DNA of 64,000 nt from SAR202 cluster bacterium (GCA_009392005.1 VFHL01000001.1:87966-151965); one strand, 5' to 3'. Counted from the stretch's first letter, positions 27,436-38,555 are shown. Numbers and translations: made by a program. The notes: generated by a model not told the origin, from the sequence alone.

Positions 27436-28227
27436 TTACCGATCATGGAATGTTGGGATGCGATTTTCCATAAAAGCTCGTACAGCCTCTGTTCGATCCT
27501 CACTGGATGAAGAATCAGAATTACCGAGGGTTTCACGGATAATCACATCATTGAGATTTTCGTCCCACGAGTCTATTAATCTTTTTATTGCACGCACGGT
27601 TATGGGTGGATTATTCGCTATATCATTGGCAATATCCTTGGCAGTGGTTATGAGGTCTTGGGCGGGGACAATACTATTTACAAGTCCCTTCTCAAGTGCC
27701 CACGGTGCGTTATAAATTCTGCCGGCGAGAGCCATTTCGGATGCGACGCCATGGCCAACGAGTTGAGCCAAGGTGTAAGACGTTCCCGTATCTGGTACTA
27801 ATGATCGTCTGACAAATATGGCTGAGAAGCGTGCGTGTTGAGATGCTATTCGGAAATCAGCGGCAAGTGCCACTCCCAGACCCGCTCCGGCCGCTATTCC
27901 ATTCACGGCTGCGATAACTGGTTGTGGAATGCTGCGGAGATGTGGTGCGAGTTCCACAATTCCTGGACCAATACTGGTGTTCGTGTCTGTTTGATTATCC
28001 TGTGATCGAGCCTCCGGCCAACGAGTTACGTCAGCTCCGGAACAAAAACCTCGACCTTGTCCAGTAATGATCAAGGTCCTTACATTTTGATTATCCCCGA
28101 TTTCATCTATTGCCGTGTGGAATTCTGAAACGAGTTCCGCATTAAGGGCGTTCAATAGCTCGGGACGATTCAGTGTAAGAATCGCTAGATGATCCTCATA
28201 TTCTAATTCGAGCAATTCATAGTTCAT
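27436..28227 (-). CDS. enoyl-CoA hydratase/isomerase (crotonase fold)
   Basis: 'LTLNRPELLNAL', 'GFCSGADV', 'QPVIAAVNGIAAGAGLGVALAAD'. Confidence 0.8.
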   Translation of the reverse strand: MNYELLELEYEDHLAILTLNRPELLNALNAELVSEFHTAIDEIGDNQNVRTLIITGQGRGFCSGADVTRWPEARSQDNQTDTNTSIGPGIVELAPHLRSIPQPVIAAVNGIAAGAGLGVALAADFRIASQHARFSAIFVRRSLVPDTGTSYTLAQLVGHGVASEMALAGRIYNAPWALEKGLVNSIVPAQDLITTAKDIANDIANNPPITVRAIKRLIDSWDENLNDVIIRETLGNSDSSSSEDRTEAVRAFMENRIPTFHDR

Positions 28228-28260
28228 AAATGGTCCTCCCCAGACGTTCTTACTGTCATA

Positions 28261-29034
28261 TTATTTTCCTTTGAACTGTGGGCTGCGTTTTTCGAGAAAT
28301 GCGTTGATTGCTTCCTGATAATCCTGTGTTGTTTCTAGATTTGTTAAAGGATTTCTCGCGGTACGATTATTAATCGCATTGCTTGAATTATTGCGAATAG
28401 CTTGTACTGTTGCTCCCACAGCGAGTGGTGGGGCGGCCAATATTTTTCGAGCGATTGTTTCTGCTTCTGACAGAAGATTCTCCTCGGTAGTTACTTTGTT
28501 TACTAATCCAAAAGTATGAGCCAGTTCTCCTGAAATAAGATCTCCAGTTACTGCCATTTCAGTCGCAATCTTTGATGGGATCCACTGTGTGATACGTGCC
28601 CAAGCTGATGCTCCAGAAACACTTCGTTTAACTTCGTTCATTCCAAATTGGGCGGTTTCAGATGCAACGAGAATAGTACACTCGCTTGCGAGCATGATTC
28701 CTAAGCCCAGAACATGACCTTGCACTGCTGCAATTATGGGTTTACCACTTTTAATGGCGCTTAGGAATGGGGGGCCTACCGTCCGCTTCGTCAACGCTTT
28801 TTCGGGTGCTCTCATTCTGTCGCGAAACATAGATACATCTCGACCCGTACAAAAGCTTCGTCCCGTTCCAGTGAGAATCATGATCCAGGCGGATTGGTCA
28901 GATTCAAAATCTTCTACTGCGTCCGCAATGTCTTCCAGCATAGTGACGTTCATGGCATTTAATTTATGAGGACGATTTAAAGTCAAATAAGCGATCGGAC
29001 CTTTCTTCTCATACAAGATTTCTTGATATGACAT
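28261..29034 (-). CDS. enoyl-CoA hydratase/isomerase (crotonase fold)
   Basis: 'LTLNRPHKLNAM', 'SFCTGRD', 'KPIIAAVQGHVLGLGIMLASEC'. Confidence 0.8.
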   Translation of the reverse strand: MSYQEILYEKKGPIAYLTLNRPHKLNAMNVTMLEDIADAVEDFESDQSAWIMILTGTGRSFCTGRDVSMFRDRMRAPEKALTKRTVGPPFLSAIKSGKPIIAAVQGHVLGLGIMLASECTILVASETAQFGMNEVKRSVSGASAWARITQWIPSKIATEMAVTGDLISGELAHTFGLVNKVTTEENLLSEAETIARKILAAPPLAVGATVQAIRNNSSNAINNRTARNPLTNLETTQDYQEAINAFLEKRSPQFKGK

Positions 29035-29093
29035 ATCTCTGCCTTGCTATTACTGTCCAAAGCAAAAGTAATTTTGGTGATCTTTACGCAGTT

Positions 29094-30647
29094 TTAATCA
29101 TTTGAAAGATGGACTTTTCTCTCTGGTTCGCGGCCGAAGCTTTTTGATTTGAGATTGTAGCGGCCCGCCAGTTCGTGTTGTAACCGTCTTATCCATTGGT
29201 CTTGTGGGGTGAGTCTTATTTCATCTTCTCCATTGAGAATACGTTCAACAGCATCTTCTGTTTCTTTCATGGCTAGTTCAGCTGTATCTGGGTCATTCTC
29301 AATCCCTGCAATTTTCCCTAATGCTTGGTCTAATTGGTTGCGACTATTATTGCGTAAGACAAACAATGAAATTCCAGCTTCCTCAGCTGTTGTTACTGTC
29401 CGGGTCCGTTTGCGGAACTGTTGCTTAGTTGTTAGAAGAATGTCAGCTTTCTCTATACGATCAACGATGCGGATTGGTAGACCACGTGTGCGAATTTCAG
29501 ATTCTAAATTGGTGCGGCTAATCCCATAGGGATATATATCTTTAACATCATCGGATTTATCTGCAGTTTTGGAGCTACGCCTATCGTTGGATTTTGAGTT
29601 GCCCCGATGGGTTTCATTTTCCTTGAATTCATTGGGGATTTGCTCGTTTTCCACCTCTTGAATCTCACCTGAAGGTGAAATATGCCTTATAGCGGGGCGA
29701 GGTGTCGCTCCTCTTAACAATGTATCCACTGTCCTTGCAACTTCAGCATGAACGGCCACTTGTTGCCAACTTTGAATTTCTACCAAAACGTCAAATGTTG
29801 GAGGAGCCTTTCTTTCCAATATACTTTTTTGAGTGCGTCGGCGGTGAGCTTCTCTATCTCCAAGGGTGACAGATTGAATGCCTCCAACTAAATCACTAAG
29901 GGTTGGATTCATGATCAGGTTTTCTAGTGTATTACCATGCGCAGTGGCGACCAGTTGTACTCCTCGCTCAGCTATTGTTCTGGCTGCTGCAGCCTCCATT
30001 TCGGTACCGATTTCGTCAATAATTATGACCTGCGGCATGTGATTTTCGACAGCCTCTATCATTGTCCTATGTTGGAGTTGAGGTGATTGTACTTGCATAC
30101 GGCGTGCATGCCCAATTGCAGGATGAGGGATGTCTCCGTCTCCCGCTATTTCGTTGGAAGTATCTACAATGACAACCCTTTTCTTCAGATCGTCGGCCAA
30201 GACACGAGCAATTTCTCGTAGCATAGTTGTTTTGCCGACACCTGGATGCCCGACTAGAAGAATGCTTTTACCTGATTCAACGATGTCGCGGATAATGTTC
30301 ATCGTGCCGCTTACTGCTCGTCCAACCCGACATGTTATCCCGATCACATTTCCTTGTCTGTTACGGATTGCAGATATTCTGTGCAAGGTGCGTTCAATTC
30401 CGGCGCGGTTGTCCTCATTAAACTTCCCGATTTGTGAAGCAACGTAATCAAGATCTTCTTGGCCCACTTCGGTATTTCCGAGTTGGAATTCTTGATTGTT
30501 TGGGAATCGTGCTTCAGGAACACGCCCTAAATCCATAACAATTTCAAGCACGCTCGCTTCGGCAGCGATTTCATTTATCGCTTCCACAATATGTTTAGGG
30601 AGGGCATCCAACAGAACTGTTAAGTCTTCAGCCCATGTTTCTCGCAT
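29094..30647 (-). CDS. AAA-family ATPase with C-terminal R3H-like nucleic-acid-binding region (Ycf45/SpoIIIAA-like)
   Basis: Walker A 'GHPGVGKTT', Walker B 'VIIIDEIG'. Basic/charged C-terminal region with an R3H-like '[21 protein letters not shown]'. Confidence 0.55.
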   Translation of the reverse strand: MRETWAEDLTVLLDALPKHIVEAINEIAAEASVLEIVMDLGRVPEARFPNNQEFQLGNTEVGQEDLDYVASQIGKFNEDNRAGIERTLHRISAIRNRQGNVIGITCRVGRAVSGTMNIIRDIVESGKSILLVGHPGVGKTTMLREIARVLADDLKKRVVIVDTSNEIAGDGDIPHPAIGHARRMQVQSPQLQHRTMIEAVENHMPQVIIIDEIGTEMEAAAARTIAERGVQLVATAHGNTLENLIMNPTLSDLVGGIQSVTLGDREAHRRRTQKSILERKAPPTFDVLVEIQSWQQVAVHAEVARTVDTLLRGATPRPAIRHISPSGEIQEVENEQIPNEFKENETHRGNSKSNDRRSSKTADKSDDVKDIYPYGISRTNLESEIRTRGLPIRIVDRIEKADILLTTKQQFRKRTRTVTTAEEAGISLFVLRNNSRNQLDQALGKIAGIENDPDTAELAMKETEDAVERILNGEDEIRLTPQDQWIRRLQHELAGRYNLKSKSFGREPERKVHLSND

Positions 30648-30717
30648 CTACAAAGCTCTTTTCAATTGATTCTTCCTACCCTTTTTGTGTACCGTGAATT
30701 TGATCTTAATTTCTATT

Positions 30718-31302
30718 TTACCTCTCTACATTGACGAGACCCAAGAATAGCTCGTGGACTCTCGTGTCGGTTGTAAGCTCAGGATGAAAAGCAGTTACGA
30801 GAACATTGTTATGTTGAGCAGCAATAATTGTTCCATCATCAAGTTGTGAGAGAATCGTAACGTTTGAATTTACCTTCTGAATAATAGGTGCCCGGATGAA
30901 AATGGCTGGGAAAGGCTTGTTTTTCAAACCAGTGATCATAATGTCTGTTTGGAAACTATCAATTTGGCGCCCAAATGCATTTCGCTGAACGTTAATGTCT
31001 ATCAGGCCAAGAGGTTTACGGTCTAAATCAGGTACATTTTTTGCAGCAACTATCATTCCAGCGCACGTTCCCCAAACAGGATTCCCTTGTCGCGCAAAGT
31101 TTTTGATCGGCTCCACAAGACCAAATGTTTCCATTAATCGCGTGATGGTTGTGCTTTCCCCACCAGGAATGATAAGCGAGTCAACATCGATGAGATCTCG
31201 TGGGAGTCGAACTGGTAGCGCCTTGACATTTAATGCGGTCAGCATGTTGAGGTGTTCTAGGAAATCGCCTTGTACTGCGAGAACACCTATTCGTCTTGTC
31301 AT
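30718..31302 (-). CDS. pdxT: pyridoxal 5'-phosphate synthase glutaminase subunit PdxT
   Basis: 'RIGVLAVQGDFLEHLNML', catalytic Cys in 'WGTCAGMI'. Start set at the internal Met ('MTRRIG'), 4 nt after the pdxS stop. Confidence 0.8.
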   Translation of the reverse strand: MTRRIGVLAVQGDFLEHLNMLTALNVKALPVRLPRDLIDVDSLIIPGGESTTITRLMETFGLVEPIKNFARQGNPVWGTCAGMIVAAKNVPDLDRKPLGLIDINVQRNAFGRQIDSFQTDIMITGLKNKPFPAIFIRAPIIQKVNSNVTILSQLDDGTIIAAQHNNVLVTAFHPELTTDTRVHELFLGLVNVER

Positions 31303-31306
31303 CGAG

Positions 31307-32200
31307 TTACCAACCGCGTTTTGCAAGCACTTCTTCCGCAGAGAGCGAGCGCGCTGCAACTCCACTCATTGGTGCACCAAGATTCTTGGAGACACGAGCC
31401 AATATTTCGGGGTCTTCATAATGTGTTGTTGCTTCTACAACAGCTTTAGCAATTGTTGGTGGATCTTCGCCTTTGAATATGCCTGATCCTACAAAAACAC
31501 CATCAGCACCGAGTTGCATCATGAGTGCTGCATCTGCCGGTGTTGCTACACCTCCTGCAGCAAAATTAACTACTGGCAAGTTTCCTTCGTCATGTACGTA
31601 TTGTATTAAATCGAGCGGCGCGCCCAGTTCTTTAGCAACGGCTGGTAGTTCATCAGGCACCATATTTTTGATTCGGCGGATGTCATCTTGAACGGTTCTC
31701 ATATGGCGGACTGCTTCTACGATGTCGCCCGTACCAGCTTCCCCTTTTGTTCGAATCATTGATGCGCCTTCAGATATACGTCTCAATGCTTCTCCTAAGT
31801 CACGGCATCCACAGACGAATGGAACTTTGAAATCATGTTTCCACACGTGATGGCTTTCATCTGCTGGAGTCAGGACCTCTGATTCATCAATGTAGTCTAC
31901 GCCTAAGCTTTCAAGAATTTGGGCCTCAACGAAATGCCCGATCCTGCATTTGGCCATTACAGGGATTGATACAACTTTCATGATCGATTCAATAATTGTG
32001 GGGTCTGCCATTCGTGCGACTCCGCCTGCAGCTCTGATGTCTGCGGGTACTCGTTCAAGAGCCATCACTGCAGTCGCTCCCGCATCTTGTGCAATGAGTG
32101 CTTGATCTGGAGTCACGACATCCATGATCACCCCGCCCTTTAACATTTGTGCGAGGCCTGTTTTTAACGTTGATGTTCCTTGTTCCATTTGTATCTCCAA
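31307..32200 (-). CDS. pdxS: pyridoxal 5'-phosphate synthase lyase subunit PdxS
   Basis: '[49 protein letters not shown]' is canonical PdxS. Confidence 0.9.
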   Translation of the reverse strand: MEIQMEQGTSTLKTGLAQMLKGGVIMDVVTPDQALIAQDAGATAVMALERVPADIRAAGGVARMADPTIIESIMKVVSIPVMAKCRIGHFVEAQILESLGVDYIDESEVLTPADESHHVWKHDFKVPFVCGCRDLGEALRRISEGASMIRTKGEAGTGDIVEAVRHMRTVQDDIRRIKNMVPDELPAVAKELGAPLDLIQYVHDEGNLPVVNFAAGGVATPADAALMMQLGADGVFVGSGIFKGEDPPTIAKAVVEATTHYEDPEILARVSKNLGAPMSGVAARSLSAEEVLAKRGW

Positions 32201-32310
32201 TAGAAATTCTTGCTCTTTAATTGTAGCACTCTGATGAGAAGAACCAAAAAGAATGATCCTTTGAGGTCATTGAGTCAGAGCAGTGAACGATTTCAAAATG
32301 ATTTATTTTT

Positions 32311-33297
32311 CTACCCTAACGGTTTGTCTGCCAGCAGCCAACATTGAGCAAGATGTTTGGTTCCCTTTGCGATCACAGGAGGTATTTGTTTTGAACATAT
32401 TGGCAAAGCATTTTCACAACGTGGATGGAAATGGCAACCGGATGGGAGATCCGATAAATTTGGTGGGGATCCAGGGATGAAGTCTGGGGGGATTGGGGAT
32501 TTGATTGTGGGCACACTTACTAGCAATCTTTTTGTATAGGGGTGTTGTGGATCCCTGAGGATTTGCTCGGCTGTTCCTGTTTCTACGATTTTACCCGCAT
32601 ATGCGACAGAAATTTCGTCACAGATGTCACTTGCAAGTGCGACATCATGAGTGACGAATATAATTGCTAACCCAAAATCAGTCTTTAATTTTTTTAGTAA
32701 ATTCATTATTTGAGCTTGGACACTGACGTCCAAAGCTGAGGTTGGCTCATCAAGGATAATGATTTGAGGTTTCAATATTAATGCCATAGCGAGAAGCCCG
32801 CGTTGTTTCATCCCTCCACTTAATTCGTGCGGATACCGTGAAGCGATATCTTCAGATAATCCAACCATGTTCAACACTTCATTTGTTCTGGCTACAGCTT
32901 CCTTTTTTGTGGTTTTGTGGGGTCCTTCTTTGTACAAAAGGGGTTCGGATATCTGGTCCCCGAGGCGTAAAACTGGATTAAGTGCATTCATTGATCCTTG
33001 CGGAACCATCGAAATCCGGCTCCATCGTATTTGTTGCCGAAATTCATCATCGCTCATTGTCATGAGCTCTTCACCTTCCATTTTGATGGATCCGCTGTAC
33101 TGAATTACTGCATTATCGAGCATGCGCATAAGAGCCAAACTGAGACTGCTCTTCCCACAACCTGATTCTCCTACAATGCCGAGCGCTCTTCCAGATTCAT
33201 GTATTGACAGCGAAACATCATTTACGGCTCTTACACGACTAGACTCAGGGCCGTAATGTAATTCTAAGTTGTTTACTTCTAATAGTGATGTGCTCAA
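32311..33297 (-). CDS. peptide/nickel-type ABC transporter ATP-binding protein (OppD/DppD-like)
   Basis: Walker A 'GESGCGKSS', signature 'LSGGMKQR', Walker B 'IIILDEPTSALD', C-terminal oligopeptide-transporter extension with 'HPYT' and a Cys pair. Confidence 0.85.
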   Translation of the reverse strand: MSTSLLEVNNLELHYGPESSRVRAVNDVSLSIHESGRALGIVGESGCGKSSLSLALMRMLDNAVIQYSGSIKMEGEELMTMSDDEFRQQIRWSRISMVPQGSMNALNPVLRLGDQISEPLLYKEGPHKTTKKEAVARTNEVLNMVGLSEDIASRYPHELSGGMKQRGLLAMALILKPQIIILDEPTSALDVSVQAQIMNLLKKLKTDFGLAIIFVTHDVALASDICDEISVAYAGKIVETGTAEQILRDPQHPYTKRLLVSVPTIKSPIPPDFIPGSPPNLSDLPSGCHFHPRCENALPICSKQIPPVIAKGTKHLAQCWLLADKPLG

Positions 33298-33357
33298 TGG
33301 CTATTCCTTTGTGCTAAAAAGGTTCCTTTATCGCTGATATTTAACGCCTTTTCTTTG

Positions 33358-34803
33358 TCATTGGAGAGGTCTCTTTCTTAATCGCGGGTTTGTGACCTGT
33401 TCCATGCTTAGCGCCAATAGGATAAAGGTCATCGCAGTCGTGACGATCAAAAGACCTGGTGGCAGTACCCACCACCAATATCCAACGTATATCCCTCCGG
33501 ACCTAAATCCCTGTTCGAGAATTTGTCCCCATGTCGGGATTGATGCGTCTCCTAGGCCTAAAAAACTTAACGCTGCTTCTGCCAATATTGCACTCGGGAT
33601 CAAGAACACCAACTGCGCGAACACAAATGGTGCAGTTTGGGGAAAAATGTAGCGCGTCATTATGCGTGTGGGAGACGCTCCCAATGTAATCGCCATCTCT
33701 ACTAATTGGCTTGAGCGGGTTTGCAGGACCATCGAACGTATCAAAATGGCAAGACTAGGCCAGCTGAATGCTACTAATACCAGAATAATTAAGTAAAGTT
33801 TAGATCCAATGATAAAAATGAGGAATATTAGAAGTGGCAAAACAGGAATATTTGCAACAATATCAGCGCCTCTTTGGATACAAATGTCGACCCATCCGCC
33901 GATATACCCGCTGGCTATACCAAGCGTTGTTCCAATAAGAGCAGTCAAAAGCGCAGCACCTACCCCTATTAATAGAGCAATTGGTAGACCAAACAAGAGA
34001 CCTTTCAAAAGATCACGCCCTTGAGCATCTGTTCCCATGAATCCATATACGGATCCACCATAGACGAATTGCATTGGTCCGATATCATCACGTGGGTCTG
34101 ATATGACTTGAATGTTAATCTCATAACGCCCTGTAAGGGGAGTAAATTCTGTTTGATTTAAGCTATCTTCAAATATGGGTGTCCCAAATATGGCATGCCG
34201 TGCAATGTCCGGGTTAAATGCTTTGCCACGAAAATCCTTAAATGAGGTTTTGAAGAATGTTTCCACGTTGTTTAACACGATTTTATCGCTAGTCAGTAGT
34301 GTGCGGTAATCGCTTTCAGAGTAACGTGAGAATGGAGATGTTTCGCCTGCTCTTGGCCCTCGGACGATATGCCTAAATAAAACGATCTCTTTATTGTCAG
34401 GTCTCAGCAAAGATATTCGTATTTGTGGTGCACGCGTGTGGAACTGAATTTCACTGAAGCTGATTGAAAGAAAGGATGGGGGTTCGTTTGAAGAATGAAC
34501 GAATTCAGCTGAATACTGGTTGGTTCGGGAACCTCCATAAATATTTTCAGATCCAGGTTGAGACATTTTGAGTACAATGTGTTTCGGACGAGATTCTTCG
34601 GAGATTAAATTAACCCATTGTGGTGGGGCAGCTTTCGGGTAATCAGCCCATTGACTTGGGTCGCTCCAGATTTGGGAACCGAAGTTTCGAGGGAAAGTCG
34701 CTAAAACAAATATTGAAACAGATACCATAACGAAGAGTATTAAAATGCCCAAACGCCCGGAACCGCTTCGGAAAAGGTGAGAGATTATTTCGTTGCTGCC
34801 CAT
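33358..34803 (-). CDS. ABC transporter permease (OppC/DppC-like) with a roughly 230-aa N-terminal extracytoplasmic extension
   Basis: One N-terminal TM, a long hydrophilic segment, then the conserved permease core ('DAQGRDLLKGLLFG', 'EAALSFLGLG'). Confidence 0.75.
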   Translation of the reverse strand: MGSNEIISHLFRSGSGRLGILILFVMVSVSIFVLATFPRNFGSQIWSDPSQWADYPKAAPPQWVNLISEESRPKHIVLKMSQPGSENIYGGSRTNQYSAEFVHSSNEPPSFLSISFSEIQFHTRAPQIRISLLRPDNKEIVLFRHIVRGPRAGETSPFSRYSESDYRTLLTSDKIVLNNVETFFKTSFKDFRGKAFNPDIARHAIFGTPIFEDSLNQTEFTPLTGRYEINIQVISDPRDDIGPMQFVYGGSVYGFMGTDAQGRDLLKGLLFGLPIALLIGVGAALLTALIGTTLGIASGYIGGWVDICIQRGADIVANIPVLPLLIFLIFIIGSKLYLIILVLVAFSWPSLAILIRSMVLQTRSSQLVEMAITLGASPTRIMTRYIFPQTAPFVFAQLVFLIPSAILAEAALSFLGLGDASIPTWGQILEQGFRSGGIYVGYWWWVLPPGLLIVTTAMTFILLALSMEQVTNPRLRKRPLQ

Positions 34804-34807
34804 TTCG

Positions 34808-35857
34808 TTAATACCTCACTCGTGGATCCAAAAGGACATACATTATTTCCAAAATAATGCGGGCCACAATGTACATCAAGGTGAAAACAAACGTTAAAGC
34901 TACGATCATTCCTTCGTCTGGTGTTCCTGCGAAAGTTTCAAAGTAAAGCCTTCCCATACCTTGCCAATCAAACACAGTCTCAATCAGTATTGATCCTCCC
35001 AGTGTGCCTGTAAGGCCAAGAATTAAGCCGGTGACGATTGGAGGTGAAGCAACTCTTAAAATATGGGCTGTTAATACGTGGCGTTCGCGTAATCCTTTCG
35101 CACGTGCGGTTCGAACAAAGTCTTCTTGCGCTATGTTGATGGTCATTGTGCGAACAACATATATATAGGGGCCAAGACTGACAAGAACAAGAGTGATGAT
35201 GGGGAGCGTAGCATGCAAAACTAAGTCCCAAAACCTTGGCAGTGAATCTACAGGAGGTGGCGAGCTATACATGCCTCCTGAGGGGAAAATCCGGAATTGA
35301 ATCGCGAACAATAATATTAATATGATTCCAAGCCACCATGCAGGTATAGCAAACGATATTGCTGCAAAGTAAGAAATAATGCGATCTAGCCGTGAACCTG
35401 GATGTGTCGAAAGGTATGTTCCAACCGCTAGCCCTATCACGGTGGTCACCAAAAATGAGGTTGTAAGGAGAATCATTGTGTTAGGTAGTCGCTCAAGTAC
35501 GATACGCGATATCTTTTTGCTACCTTCAAATGCACGCATGTTGCGTGCCTCTCCCAAATCAAGTGTGATGACACGAATCAAGCTGCCTGGGAGCCTCACG
35601 TACCAAGCCTTATCAAGGTCATAAAAAGATTCTAAATCTTGACGACGTTCTCGCATTACAGACTCAAGTTGGTCTGGATCGCGAATTGTTTGAGCTAGAC
35701 CGGTTCTGATGCCCCTCAGGTCTTCATTGACGATTGATCGTAGTGTGCGATCAGAAAATCCCGTTGCCCCCAATGTAATGACCAAAAGGAAAAGGATCAC
35801 AAAAAAAACGACAACTAAACTAAGGGTGCGAACGAGTAACGGTTGAAGAATACTCAT
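34808..35857 (-). CDS. ABC transporter permease (OppB/DppB-like)
   Basis: 6-TM permease with 'RTARAKGLRERHVLTAHILRVASPPIVT' (EAA-loop region). 4-nt gap to the downstream permease. Confidence 0.8.
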   Translation of the reverse strand: MSILQPLLVRTLSLVVVFFVILFLLVITLGATGFSDRTLRSIVNEDLRGIRTGLAQTIRDPDQLESVMRERRQDLESFYDLDKAWYVRLPGSLIRVITLDLGEARNMRAFEGSKKISRIVLERLPNTMILLTTSFLVTTVIGLAVGTYLSTHPGSRLDRIISYFAAISFAIPAWWLGIILILLFAIQFRIFPSGGMYSSPPPVDSLPRFWDLVLHATLPIITLVLVSLGPYIYVVRTMTINIAQEDFVRTARAKGLRERHVLTAHILRVASPPIVTGLILGLTGTLGGSILIETVFDWQGMGRLYFETFAGTPDEGMIVALTFVFTLMYIVARIILEIMYVLLDPRVRY

Positions 35858-35960
35858 CTTTTGTGACCTAACTCTTCTCCTTAATCGTCCCTAAGATTGT
35901 TTTTGTGATTGTGGGCAATCAATGAATTTGGGTGATATCATGAAATTAGCTAGCCTGATC

Positions 35961-38555
35961 CTATCTGCGTTTCCTGCGCATAGCAAATGCGACCATTGAG
36001 ATTGTTCCAATGAGGTACGTTGTTTCTATAGGCGCAGGCTGGGTTTTGGGTGATGCAAAGGCGCAACCACCAGTTGAATTCGGGCTTGTTGTCGGAGTTG
36101 ATTCCGCCAATTGTTGATTAAGGGCCTGTTTTTCACCAGCATCCAAGGAAGCTTCTAGTTCCAGTTTCCGTTCACCTAAGCGCGCTATTTTATCACTGAA
36201 ACCTGCTAGGAAAATTTGATAAGTTCCTGGGGATAATTGGCTTGTAAATTGGTTATCAAGTGTGATCCTGAAATCCGAATTGTTTTGCGAGCTAGCGTTT
36301 GAGGCTAACAGAATTTCGCCTGTCGAAGGATCTATAATCTGGTAGCGTAACCCCAACTTGCCGGGTCCATCCATTTTTATATTCAGAGTAGTTTCTTCTC
36401 CAATCGGTATGAACGGGTCCTGCATGGGCGAAAATGAGATCACTTCTGGTGTCCCGTGGTGCCAATCTCCTGGCTTGTAAGGGTACGATTCATCCCGAAA
36501 CGCTTTCAATTCTGCAAATTGAGCTGGTGGATCATAACGTGTGAGCATGTATGGTCCATTGCTGATTACCAGCATTTGGTATTTATCAAACCAATTCAAA
36601 AGGGCTTGGTATCGATGTTTTGCGTCGGATAGATTCGCGTATGACTGCATGCCGATTGTAAATATTTCTTCTGGGAATCGCTCTTCACGCAAGGATTCAC
36701 GTGCGGATCTTTTCACAAGGTTCGCGTCAGAGCGAATTGCTAAACTTAACCATGGGACTTGGAAACGTGCCGCCGCCGTATTACTATATGCTGCCTTGCG
36801 GTCCTGAAAGACGATCTGGTCCATTATCGAGAGTAATTCCCATGGAGTTGTTAAGCTTGAAGGATTGGCGAAGGAAGCGATTTGATCATCAACGAAATGC
36901 CAGAAATCAACGTAAACTTCTAGTTTGGTGTCATCAATTACACGATATCCTTGAAAAGTTTCAAGGAAAGGTCTGGAGGTAACTCCTAGTGCAAACTCTA
37001 CTCGTGATTTGTCTTGATCAAATGCGATCTCAAATTGTTGCTGGATTGAGTAGAGCACATCTGCCATTGTGATCGGGACATCATGGTGCCATTTGGATTG
37101 GAAGTACTTTGAATAATCGTAAGTAACTTTGCTTGTCGCTTTTATGTCGTCTCCAATGAATCGCCATTTGTTTGTGACCACGTCCCACTTCATCCCATCG
37201 ACAGGAACATCTAATTTTGCAGAGGGCCCGGCAGTAACTACTTCATATTCTGCTCGCAAAGGCATGGGGATTCCTGTTGCTGGGTGATTCGTGATGGGCG
37301 GATCATGCAAAGCTGCCCATATGTCGGATGAATAAACATCTCCGAAACCACCAATCGGGTTCCAAGTTGTTCGATCCGTCCAAACCCATAAATTACCAAT
37401 GGTTATTGTGTCTTGGTCAGGAATAAAAGCTTCTCGGATAGTCCAAAGAGCTTTAGGGCCTGATACGAGATCCAGAGTCACTCCATTTAACTGCTTTTCG
37501 GCAGCAAAATTATTCATTACATTTGCGATCCAAATTCTTATTGAGGATGAAGTTGCCAGGTCAGTCATATCTTTATATATTTTGTTACGTTCTTCTAAGG
37601 ATGCGAACTCACCAGTGAAGAGTTTTTTCCCCATTGCATCTATTTCAGCATTTTCATATTGCCAAAATCCGACCTCTTGCCAACCTGGCATGTTTCCAAG
37701 CCAAGGTGCTGTCATGCCGTTTATATTTGCGAAATCGTATCTTTGGGGTGCACTGCGTCCCCAGCCCTCTGTATAAATGTGCCATTGCAGTAGTGCCGGA
37801 TCTGATGAATACACTGTTTGGATCGCCGGTCCAAACTGTTGATATCGGGCATCGACTTCAAACCCGATCTTATTTAGTTGTGATCGAACTAGATCGCCTA
37901 TCTCTCTTCTCTCATCTTCGGTTCTGATGATGAATTTTATGCGGATTGGTTGTCCGGCAAAATGCCATATTTCATTAATCTTTTCCGCACCAGCTGTCTC
38001 CATTGCATCGTCAATAAGCTGTCGAGCGTAGTCTGGTTCAAATTGGATATTTTGCTCTTGGACTAAGTCAAAAATTGTTAAGAAGTCAAAATCTAAAGGA
38101 CTCACATGAGTTGTCATTGGATGGCCAAGGCCTTGGTAAATCTCGTTTGAGATGAAATTCCTGTCAACAAGAAATTGCATCGCATAACGCACAGTTGGTA
38201 TTGAAAATGGATTTAATTGGTTTGGTGGGGCTGGCGCAGGATTCAAGACTAACGATAGTGTGGATGCAGGTGCTTCATATAATGCGATGTTTGGATCGGA
38301 GGCCAGTTCTCGAGCAGCCGCAGTTTTGAGGTTGTAATAATAAAGGTCCATTTCACCAGAGGCTAAATCCTGTGGTGCTCTGTCAACATGAAAAGAGCGG
38401 AAATAAATTGTGTCTGTCGCAGGCCCAGGTTTTTTATGTGGAGGCACGTACTCTTGAGCGGAAACAAAAGCGGTGAGTGGAATGGAAGCAAGGAAAAGCA
38501 ATGGTAAAAACTTTTTTCTGGAGAACACGTTAAGCATTCTTGTCCTCTCTTCCAA
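35961..38555 (-). CDS. family-5 (peptide/nickel) solute-binding protein, unusually long (864 aa), with a C-terminal beta-sandwich-like extension and a C-terminal TM anchor
   Basis: Signal peptide, SBP-5-like core. The final roughly 170 aa comprise a beta-rich module, a Ser/Thr/Pro linker and the terminal 'LIGTISMVAFAMRRKRR'. Confidence 0.65.
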   Translation of the reverse strand: MEERTRMLNVFSRKKFLPLLFLASIPLTAFVSAQEYVPPHKKPGPATDTIYFRSFHVDRAPQDLASGEMDLYYYNLKTAAARELASDPNIALYEAPASTLSLVLNPAPAPPNQLNPFSIPTVRYAMQFLVDRNFISNEIYQGLGHPMTTHVSPLDFDFLTIFDLVQEQNIQFEPDYARQLIDDAMETAGAEKINEIWHFAGQPIRIKFIIRTEDERREIGDLVRSQLNKIGFEVDARYQQFGPAIQTVYSSDPALLQWHIYTEGWGRSAPQRYDFANINGMTAPWLGNMPGWQEVGFWQYENAEIDAMGKKLFTGEFASLEERNKIYKDMTDLATSSSIRIWIANVMNNFAAEKQLNGVTLDLVSGPKALWTIREAFIPDQDTITIGNLWVWTDRTTWNPIGGFGDVYSSDIWAALHDPPITNHPATGIPMPLRAEYEVVTAGPSAKLDVPVDGMKWDVVTNKWRFIGDDIKATSKVTYDYSKYFQSKWHHDVPITMADVLYSIQQQFEIAFDQDKSRVEFALGVTSRPFLETFQGYRVIDDTKLEVYVDFWHFVDDQIASFANPSSLTTPWELLSIMDQIVFQDRKAAYSNTAAARFQVPWLSLAIRSDANLVKRSARESLREERFPEEIFTIGMQSYANLSDAKHRYQALLNWFDKYQMLVISNGPYMLTRYDPPAQFAELKAFRDESYPYKPGDWHHGTPEVISFSPMQDPFIPIGEETTLNIKMDGPGKLGLRYQIIDPSTGEILLASNASSQNNSDFRITLDNQFTSQLSPGTYQIFLAGFSDKIARLGERKLELEASLDAGEKQALNQQLAESTPTTSPNSTGGCAFASPKTQPAPIETTYLIGTISMVAFAMRRKRR

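Noticed and set aside
30995-31486. 163-aa plus-strand ORF spanning the pdxT/pdxS junction
   Set aside because: Antisense to two canonical, highly conserved genes, with no RBS or motif.
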